From the IMG/VR virus record IMGVR_UViG_3300037458_000563, positions 1 through 45,013 of that record: 45,013 nucleotides of DNA, one strand, 5' to 3'. The translations under genes and the position numbers were made by a program. Shown one piece after another: positions 8,859 through 17,294 of the stretch. The notes under the pieces were generated by a model. The model did not search any database, was not told the DNA's origin, and was given only the letters and a program-made list of their open reading frames with translations. Each line of letters begins with the position of its first letter. Position 1 is the stretch's first letter. This stretch comes from a virus. Its lineage: Duplodnaviria > Caudoviricetes.

Positions 8859-9250
8859 ACCCCCTCCTTCGGCAGCGTCTTCAGCACCGCCTCGTAGTCC
8901 ACCCACGGCGTCCCCCTCCTCGCGATCGCACGGAGCTCGGCCCACCCCGCCTCACCCAACCGCGCGATGCACCAGTCCTCGAAGCGCAGCGGGTCCATGT
9001 GCCCGCCCAGGTGGCACGAAGCGCAGAGCGTGACAGCGTTGCCCAGCATCCAACGGGTAGCGTGGTAGCGGCGGGAGATCAGGTGCGCGCACTGCACCCC
9101 CTGCGTCCTCCCGCACATCACGCAGCGCCAGCCGTCCCTCGCCTTGATCGCCAGAGCGAACCTCCTGTCGCACTCCTTGCGGAGGGCCATGCGGGACATC
9201 CTGCGCTTACTGGTCCGCTTGCGTCGGAGGGGCTTGCGCCGCTTGATCAT
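8855..9250 (-). CDS. ninG: NinG/Rap-like HNH-fold recombination endonuclease
   Basis: Basic N-terminus, RDGWRCVMCG...CAHLISRR...TRW...NAVTLCASCH. Confidence 0.75.
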   Translation of the reverse strand: MIKRRKPLRRKRTSKRRMSRMALRKECDRRFALAIKARDGWRCVMCGRTQGVQCAHLISRRYHATRWMLGNAVTLCASCHLGGHMDPLRFEDWCIARLGEAGWAELRAIARRGTPWVDYEAVLKTLPKEGV

Positions 9251-9299
9251 GCCCAGTCCTCCGTCCCGCTCGGCAACCCCTGCGCCTGACCCCGCAGCC

Positions 9300-9554
9300 T
9301 CATCTGCCCCCCATCGCTTGAAACCAGTACTCGTAGGCCCTCTGCACCGGGAGCTCCATAGCCTCGAGCCGCCGGGGCCGGTCACGGAAGTCATCAAACC
9401 CGCGGAACACCACGGGGAGCGGAATGCCCTGCTCCATCCAGCGTTCCACCAGCCGGAACTCGGCGGGGCTGATGATCCGTTCGTGCTTGGCCCGGGAGCA
9501 GAACTCGCTCCAAATCGCCTCGGCATAGCCTGGTCGGTCCTCACGCCTGATCAT
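9300..9554 (-). CDS. Hypothetical protein (small helical, possibly DnaD-like)
   Basis: 84 aa with RBS GGAGG; LVERWMEQGIPLPVVFRGFD. Confidence 0.6.
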   Translation of the reverse strand: MIRREDRPGYAEAIWSEFCSRAKHERIISPAEFRLVERWMEQGIPLPVVFRGFDDFRDRPRRLEAMELPVQRAYEYWFQAMGGR

Positions 9555-10128
9555 CTAGGTACACCTCCCCCATTCCCCGGGCACATTCCGGGGTGCGACA
9601 CCCTCCCCTGCTATCTGCCCCGGGTACTGCCTGCCAGATAGCCCGCTTGCCGCTCTGCTTGGACGTGCCTGAAGGACCGGGACGTATGGGGTGTGCTGGA
9701 ATCGACTACCAGCCCGTTGCCCGGGAGAGAACCGGCCGAAGCCGGAAGAGAGCGTTGCGGTGGAGCGACTGTACGGTGGGTCCGTGCGCTCGCGTTCTGG
9801 TTCCGCTCGGCCAGCGCAGAGAGACTGCGGCCAAGGGCTTGTCGGCTTGACGGGTTGTGGTATGATCTGTCTGTCACCGACCTGCTCTCGGTGGCCCCCG
9901 CCGTGCCCCTCCTGCTCGGTTCGCTCCGAGCCGGAGGTCCGTCTGACGTGAGCCGTCAACGGCAGTGTAGCACACATGTCTAGCCATCTAGCCGTTTCTT
10001 CGTCGCTCTCGAGAACGCAAAGCCGAAATGCCACCTCAGCGGCTCGGCGTAAAAGTTGAATGACCAGAGACGGCCGTTCCACACGTTGGTGACAACAAAA
10101 CCGTGCCGGAGCAGCCACCGTCGCCACA

Positions 10129-12276
10129 TTACAACCGCCCGACCTTGGCGAACCGCTCGCCGATCTTGTCGGTGTTCCCCTTGTACGCGACGATTATCTT
10201 CTGCTCACGCTTGGGGAACTTCCGGGTGTTGAGCGTGACCTTGGCCTGCGCCAGTCGCGTGAACTCGCCCTCGAGGTAGACGATTCGGTTGTAGATGCTC
10301 AGACCGTGATCGCGCAGGAACAACTCCGTCTCGGCTTCCGAGCAGTGGTAAGCACCCTTGCTGTCCCTGGAGTCGCCAGTCATCACGACGAAGAAGCACC
10401 CGTCGTTGAGGTGTTCGATCGCCTTCGCGTACCCAGCAAACAGCGTGTCGCGGAACTGCTCGTACGTGCCCATCGAGTTGAGCTCGCCGGCCGGCGGCTT
10501 GCCGTCATAGTCGAGGTACTTCTCGACCTTGTAGTAGGGCGGGCAGGTGAAGACGAGATCGAACATGCCCTCGGGCTGGTAGGTTGAACTGTCGGCCTGG
10601 ACCCACTTTACCCCGGGTAAGAACTGGCACAACACGTTGTTCGCATCGCACTGGTTCTTGCGGATCTCGCTAGCAACGTACTCGTAGCCGTAGGAGCCCG
10701 CGACGTAACCAAACTGCACCCCGCCGCCGAATGGGTTGTAGACACGCCGGCCCTCGCGGGGCATGAAGAATCGGAGGATGACCTCGCAGGCGAGCGTGTC
10801 CAGCACGGAAGCGTTGCCGTTGTGCGCGTGCCCTGTGACGACGTTGGCGAAACCGTTTGTGCCCTGCCAGCAACCATCCCGAGAAGCGAACATGGGATTC
10901 GGGATGTTGAGGGCCGCCCCAGTCGCCTCGATCTTTTCGCGCCACTTCTTCTTGAGCTCAAGCCACTTCCCCCGCGTGCTATCCCAGACGTTGGTCATCG
11001 TGATGTGGGCCAGGATCTTCAGCCGGTAGTCGGCCTCAGAACCGCGGCACATGTAGTGAAAGCCCGACATCTTGAGGTAGGTTTCGAAGCCCAAGCTTTC
11101 GAAGAGCTCCGGCGTCTCGAACTTGCTCTTTGGGTCGGTGGTCATGAAGCACGGATACCCGCACTGGTCGGCCCGCTCGAGTACGGCCTTGACCATGCGG
11201 CGGTACAGATCCGGCGTGTGCAGCGCGGGCTTAATCACCGATTGCAGGAGGCAGAACTCGCGCACCTCGTCATTGACCTGGAACGTCATGAAGCCCGCGA
11301 AGGCACCATCCACCAAGAGAATGATCGCGGAGTGAATCTGCATGTTCTTGCGGGCGGCCCGGTGCGCGATGCCGTCCTCGAGCGCCAGCGTTGCCACGTC
11401 CTGCTCGTAGCCCGAGCCGATCACGCTCGGGACGTACTTGAAAACGACCTCGTGTGCGAATAACTCTTTCTGAGCCACCGCCCCCCCCTTGCTAGTAACC
11501 CCACATTGATCGGGACAGTCTGAGCACCTCCCGATAAATACTGTCGGCTTGTGCAACGAGACAGACTTTCCGCCGCCGACCGACCCGCGCCTCCGCGTGA
11601 GAGCGACCCGTCCGGACTCGACTAGCGGGTGATCCGCGGGCACCCGCAACGGGTTATCGATGACTGGACCCATTGCGAGCAGCCCGTCCTGCCTGTCCCG
11701 CATCCCCGCCGAGGCGAAATCGCAGGTCACGACACGGAGCACGCTGCCGACACCGCCGGCCATCAACCGCTCGCGCTGGCGCAACCTGTGGGCGAGCTCC
11801 GCATCCGTGTCCAGTGCGCTTACGGATGTGTTGACCACCGCCCCCAACTCCCGCAGTGAGTCAATCTCGTCATCGGTGAGGCTGGCCCAGTGCTTCGTCA
11901 CAATCACCGGAGTTTTCTTCGCGTGTCTTAGTGCCCGCAGGCTCGCCAGCGTGCCAGACCAGTCATGGCTCGGGTCGCCGGCCGTGCCCACGCGATACCA
12001 CGCGGCGGGCGAATCGTTCATCATGCGAATCAGGGTGCCGCGGTGCTCTCTCCCGTGGATGCGACGGCTCACGCTGACAGTGAAGTCGATGCCGTATTGG
12101 CGGGCCGTCTTTGCTGCGTAGCACGCACCGTAACAGCCCCCCACCGGATAGGCGGCCATCCCACGGGTGCAACCCTTCACCGTGTCGGCGTCGAGCACCC
12201 CCTTGCGGTTCTCAACCACGGTCAGCACGCCCCCGTAGACCCTTGGCGCTATAGGTGCCGAGCCCAGGTCGAACAT
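10129..12276 (-). CDS. Multi-domain DNA modification protein: Cys-rich radical-SAM-like domain + GNAT-like domain + amino (N6A/N4C) DNA methyltransferase
   Basis: N-terminal C-x11-C-x3-CYA, RVGTAGDPS and CSDCPDQC. Middle segment GFMTF...FESLGF has a GNAT pattern. C-terminal YNPFGGG (motif I) and DLVFTCPPYY (motif IV). Confidence 0.75.
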   Translation of the reverse strand: MFDLGSAPIAPRVYGGVLTVVENRKGVLDADTVKGCTRGMAAYPVGGCYGACYAAKTARQYGIDFTVSVSRRIHGREHRGTLIRMMNDSPAAWYRVGTAGDPSHDWSGTLASLRALRHAKKTPVIVTKHWASLTDDEIDSLRELGAVVNTSVSALDTDAELAHRLRQRERLMAGGVGSVLRVVTCDFASAGMRDRQDGLLAMGPVIDNPLRVPADHPLVESGRVALTRRRGSVGGGKSVSLHKPTVFIGRCSDCPDQCGVTSKGGAVAQKELFAHEVVFKYVPSVIGSGYEQDVATLALEDGIAHRAARKNMQIHSAIILLVDGAFAGFMTFQVNDEVREFCLLQSVIKPALHTPDLYRRMVKAVLERADQCGYPCFMTTDPKSKFETPELFESLGFETYLKMSGFHYMCRGSEADYRLKILAHITMTNVWDSTRGKWLELKKKWREKIEATGAALNIPNPMFASRDGCWQGTNGFANVVTGHAHNGNASVLDTLACEVILRFFMPREGRRVYNPFGGGVQFGYVAGSYGYEYVASEIRKNQCDANNVLCQFLPGVKWVQADSSTYQPEGMFDLVFTCPPYYKVEKYLDYDGKPPAGELNSMGTYEQFRDTLFAGYAKAIEHLNDGCFFVVMTGDSRDSKGAYHCSEAETELFLRDHGLSIYNRIVYLEGEFTRLAQAKVTLNTRKFPKREQKIIVAYKGNTDKIGERFAKVGRL

Positions 12277-12391
12277 CGCAGCCTGACAGCCCACCCCTAT
12301 CGGCTCCTGCGCCCGTGAGCGAGCAGCCACGCGATCTCCAGGGCAATCACCACACCCCAGATCACGAGGCCCGCGAGAATACCGTCAAGGC

Positions 12392-12952
12392 TCATCGCTG
12401 CCCCCACTGCTCGGCCATAGCGGCGGCGATGCCCTCGTAGGTCCGGCTTCGGTTCTTCCAGCGGTTGGGTCCGGGCGGCTCCCTGTGGACCCGGTTCGCT
12501 CGGCCCTCGACGACATCGGTCGGCTGAAGTTTTGGAAGCCCCTTGAGCCACAGACAGGTGGCTTTCGTCTCGCCGTGGCCGAACTGCCAGGGCTGGATGA
12601 TCTGGGTTGGCTTTCCGATGTGGCTGGACAAGATCGAAACAGGGTTCTCAACGCAGATTCTCGGAACCGGAGCCGTCCACAGCGCCCAGACAAAATCCAG
12701 CGCAGCCTGCTGCTCGCGCCGCTTGTACTTAAACCACCGTGCCCCGCTTACTGCCAAGTGCGTGCATGGGGGATGGGCGATCATCAGATCCCACCGTTCG
12801 TGGCCGATCCAGCCCAGTACATCACCCAGCAAATGCTGGTCCGTCTGGTCATCCTCTGACGGCAGGAGGTCGCACGAGTAGGCTTCGTGACCCTTGGCGC
12901 GAAATGCTCGCCTGACGACACCGGAAAACTCGCAGGCAACAAGCACGCGCAC
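12392..12952 (-). CDS. Phage-type DNA cytosine-C5 methyltransferase
   Basis: RVLVACEFSG, DLMIAHPPCT (catalytic PC), VENPV, QPWQFGH, KATCLWLKGLP, RSRTYEGIAAAMAEQW. Confidence 0.85.
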   Translation of the reverse strand: MRVLVACEFSGVVRRAFRAKGHEAYSCDLLPSEDDQTDQHLLGDVLGWIGHERWDLMIAHPPCTHLAVSGARWFKYKRREQQAALDFVWALWTAPVPRICVENPVSILSSHIGKPTQIIQPWQFGHGETKATCLWLKGLPKLQPTDVVEGRANRVHREPPGPNRWKNRSRTYEGIAAAMAEQWGQR

Positions 12953-13287
12953 TAGAGCTGCCCCTCGCCGCGGTCGTGCCGGGCCAGCGTGTATGTGCTC
13001 CACTCAGCCCCGTCGTGCTTGTGGTCTTCGCGGGTGATCTGGTGCCCCCGCTTCCGCAGGTCATAGATCCGGGCCGAGAAGCGGTGTGTGATCCGGGCGA
13101 GCTCGATACTCGTGGCCGGTCCCTGAGCCAGCCGGGCCAGGATGCGCTGGGCCGTGTTGTCCCTGCGGTTGGCGCAGGCCGACAATTCCCGGTCGGCCGG
13201 CGTCCAGCCGATGCCATCCTGAGCGCCTATACGCCCCGCTGGCGTGTTCTCTGGCTCGGGTACATCCCAAACCATTAGGCTAGCCAT
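12952..13287 (-). CDS. Winged helix-turn-helix protein
   Basis: QRILARLAQGPATSIEL...RFSARIYDLRKRGHQI...YTL. Confidence 0.75.
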   Translation of the reverse strand: MASLMVWDVPEPENTPAGRIGAQDGIGWTPADRELSACANRRDNTAQRILARLAQGPATSIELARITHRFSARIYDLRKRGHQITREDHKHDGAEWSTYTLARHDRGEGQL

Positions 13288-13817
13288 CTAGACCCCCCTG
13301 CGGACGAATTCCAGATTCTGGACAAAACGGCCCGGGGGGCAGCCACTCCCCCCGGGCAACCCTTGCTCACGGTGAATTGTCACGGTCGTCAGCCCGTTGC
13401 CGCGCTCCACCACCTTTCCAGTTCCCGGCCTGGCCCATCCAGGCGGGTCTGACACATCCCGGGATGCCCAGCCGCATCTCGGCCCTGGCGACAGGTGGAA
13501 TGAGGATTTGCCCGCCGCGTCCACCGCCCGCTCCCCTGCTCCACAACAGGGGGTCACGGCCGGGATGTGTCTGACCCGCCTAGCCGTGGGCCCAAGAAGG
13601 GGGGCGTCGGCAGCCGCCAATTTGAGCGGCTGAATTGCGCCGACATGGACGGGCGGGACTAAGCCCGGCCCCCCTTCTTGGGCCCACGGGAGGTTAGTCA
13701 CGCCGGCCCCACCACGCCAGCACTGCCCCGATCATGGCGACAGCCCATAGCGCCGGGACCAGCACGGCCTTCTTACGCCGCCACCGCTTGACCCGCTTGG
13801 TCACTTCGCCTTGCCAG

Positions 13818-14003
13818 CTAGCCACGCTCGGCCTCGAGCAGGGCACGCAGGATCAGCCACGAGCCACACAGGAGCAGCCCCAGAGCCACAATGCTCACCG
13901 CGAAGTCGGGGTGGCTCACCGCCCAGACGATGGTGTGATAGATGCCCACCCAGAGCAGGGCAGACACGAGGAACGCCAGCCCGTAACCCCACACGCTAGC
14001 CAT
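13818..14003 (-). CDS. Small two-TM membrane protein
   Basis: Two hydrophobic helices; RBS GGAGGGG. Confidence 0.6.
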   Translation of the reverse strand: MASVWGYGLAFLVSALLWVGIYHTIVWAVSHPDFAVSIVALGLLLCGSWLILRALLEAERG

Positions 14004-14259
14004 CTAGCCCCTCCCACATCCAATTGCGCTCCAGCCGCCATGTGCGAATGTCAAAGCCGGCCTCGCAGCGCAGGATCTCCTCCCCTGCCCCGCGGGGGTG
14101 CCTCGGCCGGCACATGTAGCTCACCACCCCAGCCCCACACGCGGGGCACACCCGCCGGAACCGATCCTTCGGCCCATCCTCCAGCACCTGGATCAGCCGC
14201 TCCGCTATGGCCCTGTCCCGGCGAGCCACCTGCCCAGCCTTGAAATGCGGGTGCTTCAT
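13996..14259 (-). CDS. Hypothetical protein with Cys pair
   Basis: CPACG; ATGA coupling. Confidence 0.55.
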   Translation of the reverse strand: MKHPHFKAGQVARRDRAIAERLIQVLEDGPKDRFRRVCPACGAGVVSYMCRPRHPRGAGEEILRCEAGFDIRTWRLERNWMWEGLDG

Positions 14260-14648
14260 TCCCCTGACTCCGAAAGGATCAGATTCAGCTTGTCAAATGA
14301 CCATTTCCGAACAAAGTCCATGTACCGGCTGAAGGATTCCTGCTCCACCACCGTGGTCGCCTCGTCCGGCACCAACTGGTCCCCGATCAGCGCATAGCAG
14401 GGCTCGAGCACCCCGAGCCGGACAGCCTCGGACTTGAGCGCCCGATGCACCGTGTCGGGGTCATTGCCCGTCTCGGCACATATCTCGTTGTACATAGCCC
14501 AGAGCTTGCGGTTGCTCTGTCCCGATCTGATTACCGGGGAGGGAAGTTTATGCACCTCCACCCAGACATCCCTGCCACGCCACCGATTCAGCCAGTCGGC
14601 CCGCTCGGGCACCAGGGCGTCATCGATGACGTGGCAGAGGTAGCGCAT
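14256..14648 (-). CDS. NinB/Orf-like recombination mediator
   Basis: The RSGQSNRKLWAM...VHRALK...FSRYMDFV pattern resembles NinB/DUF1367. Confidence 0.6.
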   Translation of the reverse strand: MRYLCHVIDDALVPERADWLNRWRGRDVWVEVHKLPSPVIRSGQSNRKLWAMYNEICAETGNDPDTVHRALKSEAVRLGVLEPCYALIGDQLVPDEATTVVEQESFSRYMDFVRKWSFDKLNLILSESGE

Positions 14649-14657
14649 GGCTGGCCC

Positions 14658-15023
14658 CTAGAAGGGCACCTCGTCGTCGGGCGTGTCGGGCTCGACCGGC
14701 CTGGGCTTGGGCTGCGGGGTGTCGGGCGGGTCCACCCGGATGGCGTCCACCCGTTTGCCTTGAAAGTCCACCTTGGTCGGGTACAGCACGATGGTCGTCC
14801 CCGGCCAGTCGTCCGTGTCGTCCGAGCCGTTGATGCCCCAGATGGCCGAAGCGTTGGTCTTGTTCAAGACCAGCCCTCTGTTCTTGCCGCGGAAGTGCAG
14901 GACTGGCTTGGTCTCCCCCCCCACATCCTCGAGCTCAACACGGTCGATAACGACCGTGACCCGCTTGCCGCCGAGATCGGCAGCCTTGATGAACGTACCC
15001 GGGAACGCCGCTGCAACCTTCAC
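14658..15023 (-). CDS. Putative single-stranded DNA-binding protein
   Basis: Beta-rich core (LVLNKTN...DDWPG..IVLY) and SSB-type acidic tail DDEVPF. Confidence 0.65.
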   Translation of the reverse strand: MKVAAAFPGTFIKAADLGGKRVTVVIDRVELEDVGGETKPVLHFRGKNRGLVLNKTNASAIWGINGSDDTDDWPGTTIVLYPTKVDFQGKRVDAIRVDPPDTPQPKPRPVEPDTPDDEVPF

Positions 15024-15259
15024 TTTGACTCCTCCCTAAACCCCTGAAACGGGTCTGCAACGTAGTTTCTGCACTGCCTCATGGCCTTCCTGCGCTGGGC
15101 CGCCCAGAACTCCCGGCGGTATAGCTGCTCCGCCGCATCCCGCCTTGCCTTGAGGCATGACGGGCAAATCGCATCCTTCCGATGCGCTCCCACGTCCCAG
15201 AAACCCCAGCGGCCATCCACTAGAGTCCGGCCGCAGTTCCCTTCGCATTCGAGAATCAC
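15020..15259 (-). CDS. Small zinc-finger protein
   Basis: CEGNC...CPSC. Confidence 0.55.
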   Translation of the reverse strand: MILECEGNCGRTLVDGRWGFWDVGAHRKDAICPSCLKARRDAAEQLYRREFWAAQRRKAMRQCRNYVADPFQGFREESK

Positions 15260-15462
15260 TGCCCTTCCCCCTCGTAGTCCGAGCAGGTCAGCGGCACAGC
15301 CCGTAGCTCCTCGGCGTCCCGCACAGCCTTCTCGATCGCCGGCATCAGCACAGCCGCCACGTCGTCCGGCACGTCCAGCTTGAGGCTGCCCGGCGAGAGT
15401 TCCAGATAAGCAGCCGTCCAGCCGGGCCACTGCGTCCAGGTGCGCCAGCCCAGATGCTTCAC
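15256..15462 (-). CDS. Hypothetical protein
   Basis: GTGA-coupled at both ends. Confidence 0.55.
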   Translation of the reverse strand: MKHLGWRTWTQWPGWTAAYLELSPGSLKLDVPDDVAAVLMPAIEKAVRDAEELRAVPLTCSDYEGEGQ

Positions 15463-15785
15463 TTGGCCCCCCTATGCACGAGTGCCCGCTCGGGCCACCC
15501 CATGCGCTCCAGAATCGCCGCCGTGCGCTCCCGGCCCAGCCGGATCGACCGCTCCCGCTCGGCACAGCGCCGCTCGTAAGCCTCCTCGGGAGACTCCGAG
15601 CAGAGCCCGCACACCCCGTCATCGCCCATCACCGTCCGGTACTGCCCGCACTGCGGGCACGGGCGGGAGTGGGCCACCTGGCGGGGATGCCAGTCCCGCG
15701 CCTCCATTTGCTCCCCCAGCGCATAGGCCCGGATATCCGGGTCATACGAGTAGAGGGCATTGGTCGTCGTGTCGCGGGTCATCAC
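15459..15785 (-). CDS. Zinc-finger hypothetical protein
   Basis: CPQC...CGLC; RBS AGGAGG. Confidence 0.6.
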   Translation of the reverse strand: MMTRDTTTNALYSYDPDIRAYALGEQMEARDWHPRQVAHSRPCPQCGQYRTVMGDDGVCGLCSESPEEAYERRCAERERSIRLGRERTAAILERMGWPERALVHRGAK

Positions 15786-15793
15786 CGCACCTC

Positions 15794-15988
15794 CTAGCGC
15801 AGGATGACGCCGCACGGGGTCATGGTGCAGTGGTAGCCCTTGGCCTCCGCGTCCACAATCGCCCGCACGATGTCGAGGCCGCCCCCATAGGTAATGATGC
15901 CCCGCTGCGGCTTCGCCATCAGCCGGTTGTAATGCGTCTGCATCCAGTACGCCGCGACCCGCCGCTGCTTGCTGCTCATGGTCTGCAT
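15794..15988 (-). CDS. Hypothetical protein
   Basis: First gene after the RHH regulator in the leftward early operon. Confidence 0.5.
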   Translation of the reverse strand: MQTMSSKQRRVAAYWMQTHYNRLMAKPQRGIITYGGGLDIVRAIVDAEAKGYHCTMTPCGVILR

Positions 15989-16017
15989 ATCTAGCCCCCT
16001 AGACAGAAACGGCCCGG

Positions 16018-16164
16018 CTACGGCCGGGCCAGGTACTGCCGCAGCGCCTCGGACGTGATGTCCCCAATGCGCCGCTGCTGCTTCGCCGCCAGGATTCGGA
16101 CCCTCTGCACCAGATCGGCCGGCAGCCTCACCAGAGCCGTCTTACCCTCGCTCGCCTTCTTCAT
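16018..16164 (-). CDS. Ribbon-helix-helix (Arc/CopG-like) regulator
   Basis: TALVRLPADLVQRVRILAA...IGDITSEALRQYL; RBS GAGGAGG. Confidence 0.8.
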   Translation of the reverse strand: MKKASEGKTALVRLPADLVQRVRILAAKQQRRIGDITSEALRQYLARP

Positions 16165-16182
16165 CAATCCTCCTCGCCCGAC

Positions 16183-16211
16183 ACAATACGCCTGCGTGGC
16201 TAGCTTGTCAA
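16183..16211 (-). promoter_or_regulatory. Sigma70-type leftward early promoter
   Basis: TTGACA-17 nt-TATTGT upstream of the RHH gene. Confidence 0.75.
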
Positions 16212-16250
16212 CCAATTAATTTGGCTATCCGTTGGAATCGCCCACCCCTG

Positions 16251-16280
16251 TTGACTGGCTTACCGGAGGGGCCTTACATT
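16251..16280 (+). promoter_or_regulatory. Sigma70-type rightward promoter
   Basis: TTGACT-18 nt-TACATT upstream of the second RHH gene. Confidence 0.6.
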
Positions 16281-16299
16281 CGAGACACAGGGGGGACAC

Positions 16300-16482
16300 A
16301 TGCCAGCCACAAAGTCAGCCAAGGTGTCGCGGCCGCGTCCGAAGGTGACCGGCCTGCGCTTCGACCGCGAGCTCATCAAGGAGATGAAGCACCGGGCCGT
16401 GGACTCCGAGCGCACCTTGACGGAGCTCATCGAGCAGGCCATGCGCGAGTACCTGGGCCGCGCTCGAGCCGGACAGCGGTAG
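16300..16482 (+). CDS. Ribbon-helix-helix regulator (possible repressor)
   Basis: VTGLRFDRELIKEMKHRAVDSERTLTELIEQAMREYL; divergent from the other RHH gene. Confidence 0.8.
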   Translation: MPATKSAKVSRPRPKVTGLRFDRELIKEMKHRAVDSERTLTELIEQAMREYLGRARAGQR

Positions 16483-16804
16483 ACACCACTCGGACAGTCC
16501 GTAAGTGTCCGCTACCTAGAATATGTGTTATCGGAACCTGACGCATGGACGCCCCCACGTCCGCTAAGTGCCCGATCCTCATATGATTCCGGGCGTTACT
16601 CATCGTCAAACGCGGCTCACGGGGCTATCTTCCACAGCCCCGGACTTATTGTCAACCGATTTACATGCACCACAGCAGAGCCCGCTAAGGGTCGCCAGAA
16701 AGACGGACAGCCTGCACGGCATGACGCCACATTTTCTGGGCGGTTATCGTTGCAAAAAATAGGGCGTTTGTTCTAACCGCGGATAGAATCTGCTAGGTGA
16801 TTGA

Positions 16805-17062
16805 ATGCGAAAACTACTGATAGTCGTTGCGGTCCTGCTCACCGGGCTCGTGCTCTGGCATGACATCCAAGCCCTCGGCCGTGTCGAGGCCAGTGGCCCC
16901 TGCGTGGCCCCCAAGGCATGGGGTGCCCTCCGCGGCGTGACGTGGCAATCCGGCCCCAGCCCGCTGGCTGCGCCCGTCCTGGCCTTCGAGGACGAGGCCG
17001 GTACCATCCGGCTGGTTCACGGGGGTAGCTGCAAGGCGATCGGGGAGATCGTCAGGCAGTAG
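16805..17062 (+). CDS. Small exported protein (moron-like)
   Basis: Signal/TM segment MRKLLIVVAVLLTGLVLW, two Cys, AT-rich upstream region. Confidence 0.6.
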   Translation: MRKLLIVVAVLLTGLVLWHDIQALGRVEASGPCVAPKAWGALRGVTWQSGPSPLAAPVLAFEDEAGTIRLVHGGSCKAIGEIVRQ

Positions 17063-17294
17063 GGCCGACCCCGGGGTGGGAACGATTGTTCCCGTCATGG
17101 GTACGGATGCCCCGATCGGGAAAGCCCTTGACGTTCCGCGCCAGTAAGCGGATGAATATGCCCGCTCGGGAAGCCACACGTCAAGCGGAGCGCAAGATTT
17201 GCGCGGTGTGGTATACTAAAGACGGGACGAGGGCAGCCCGTCCGTCCGATACTCCCGTGCCCAGACGGGAGGATATGGACGGGCTGCCCGGACC

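Noticed and set aside
9870-9965. tRNA gene
   Set aside because: Multi-stem, but there is no TTC-containing T-loop, anticodon arm or acceptor geometry.
13288-13701. 137-aa ORF
   Set aside because: Pro/Gly/Arg-rich with no motif; coding status is unsupported.
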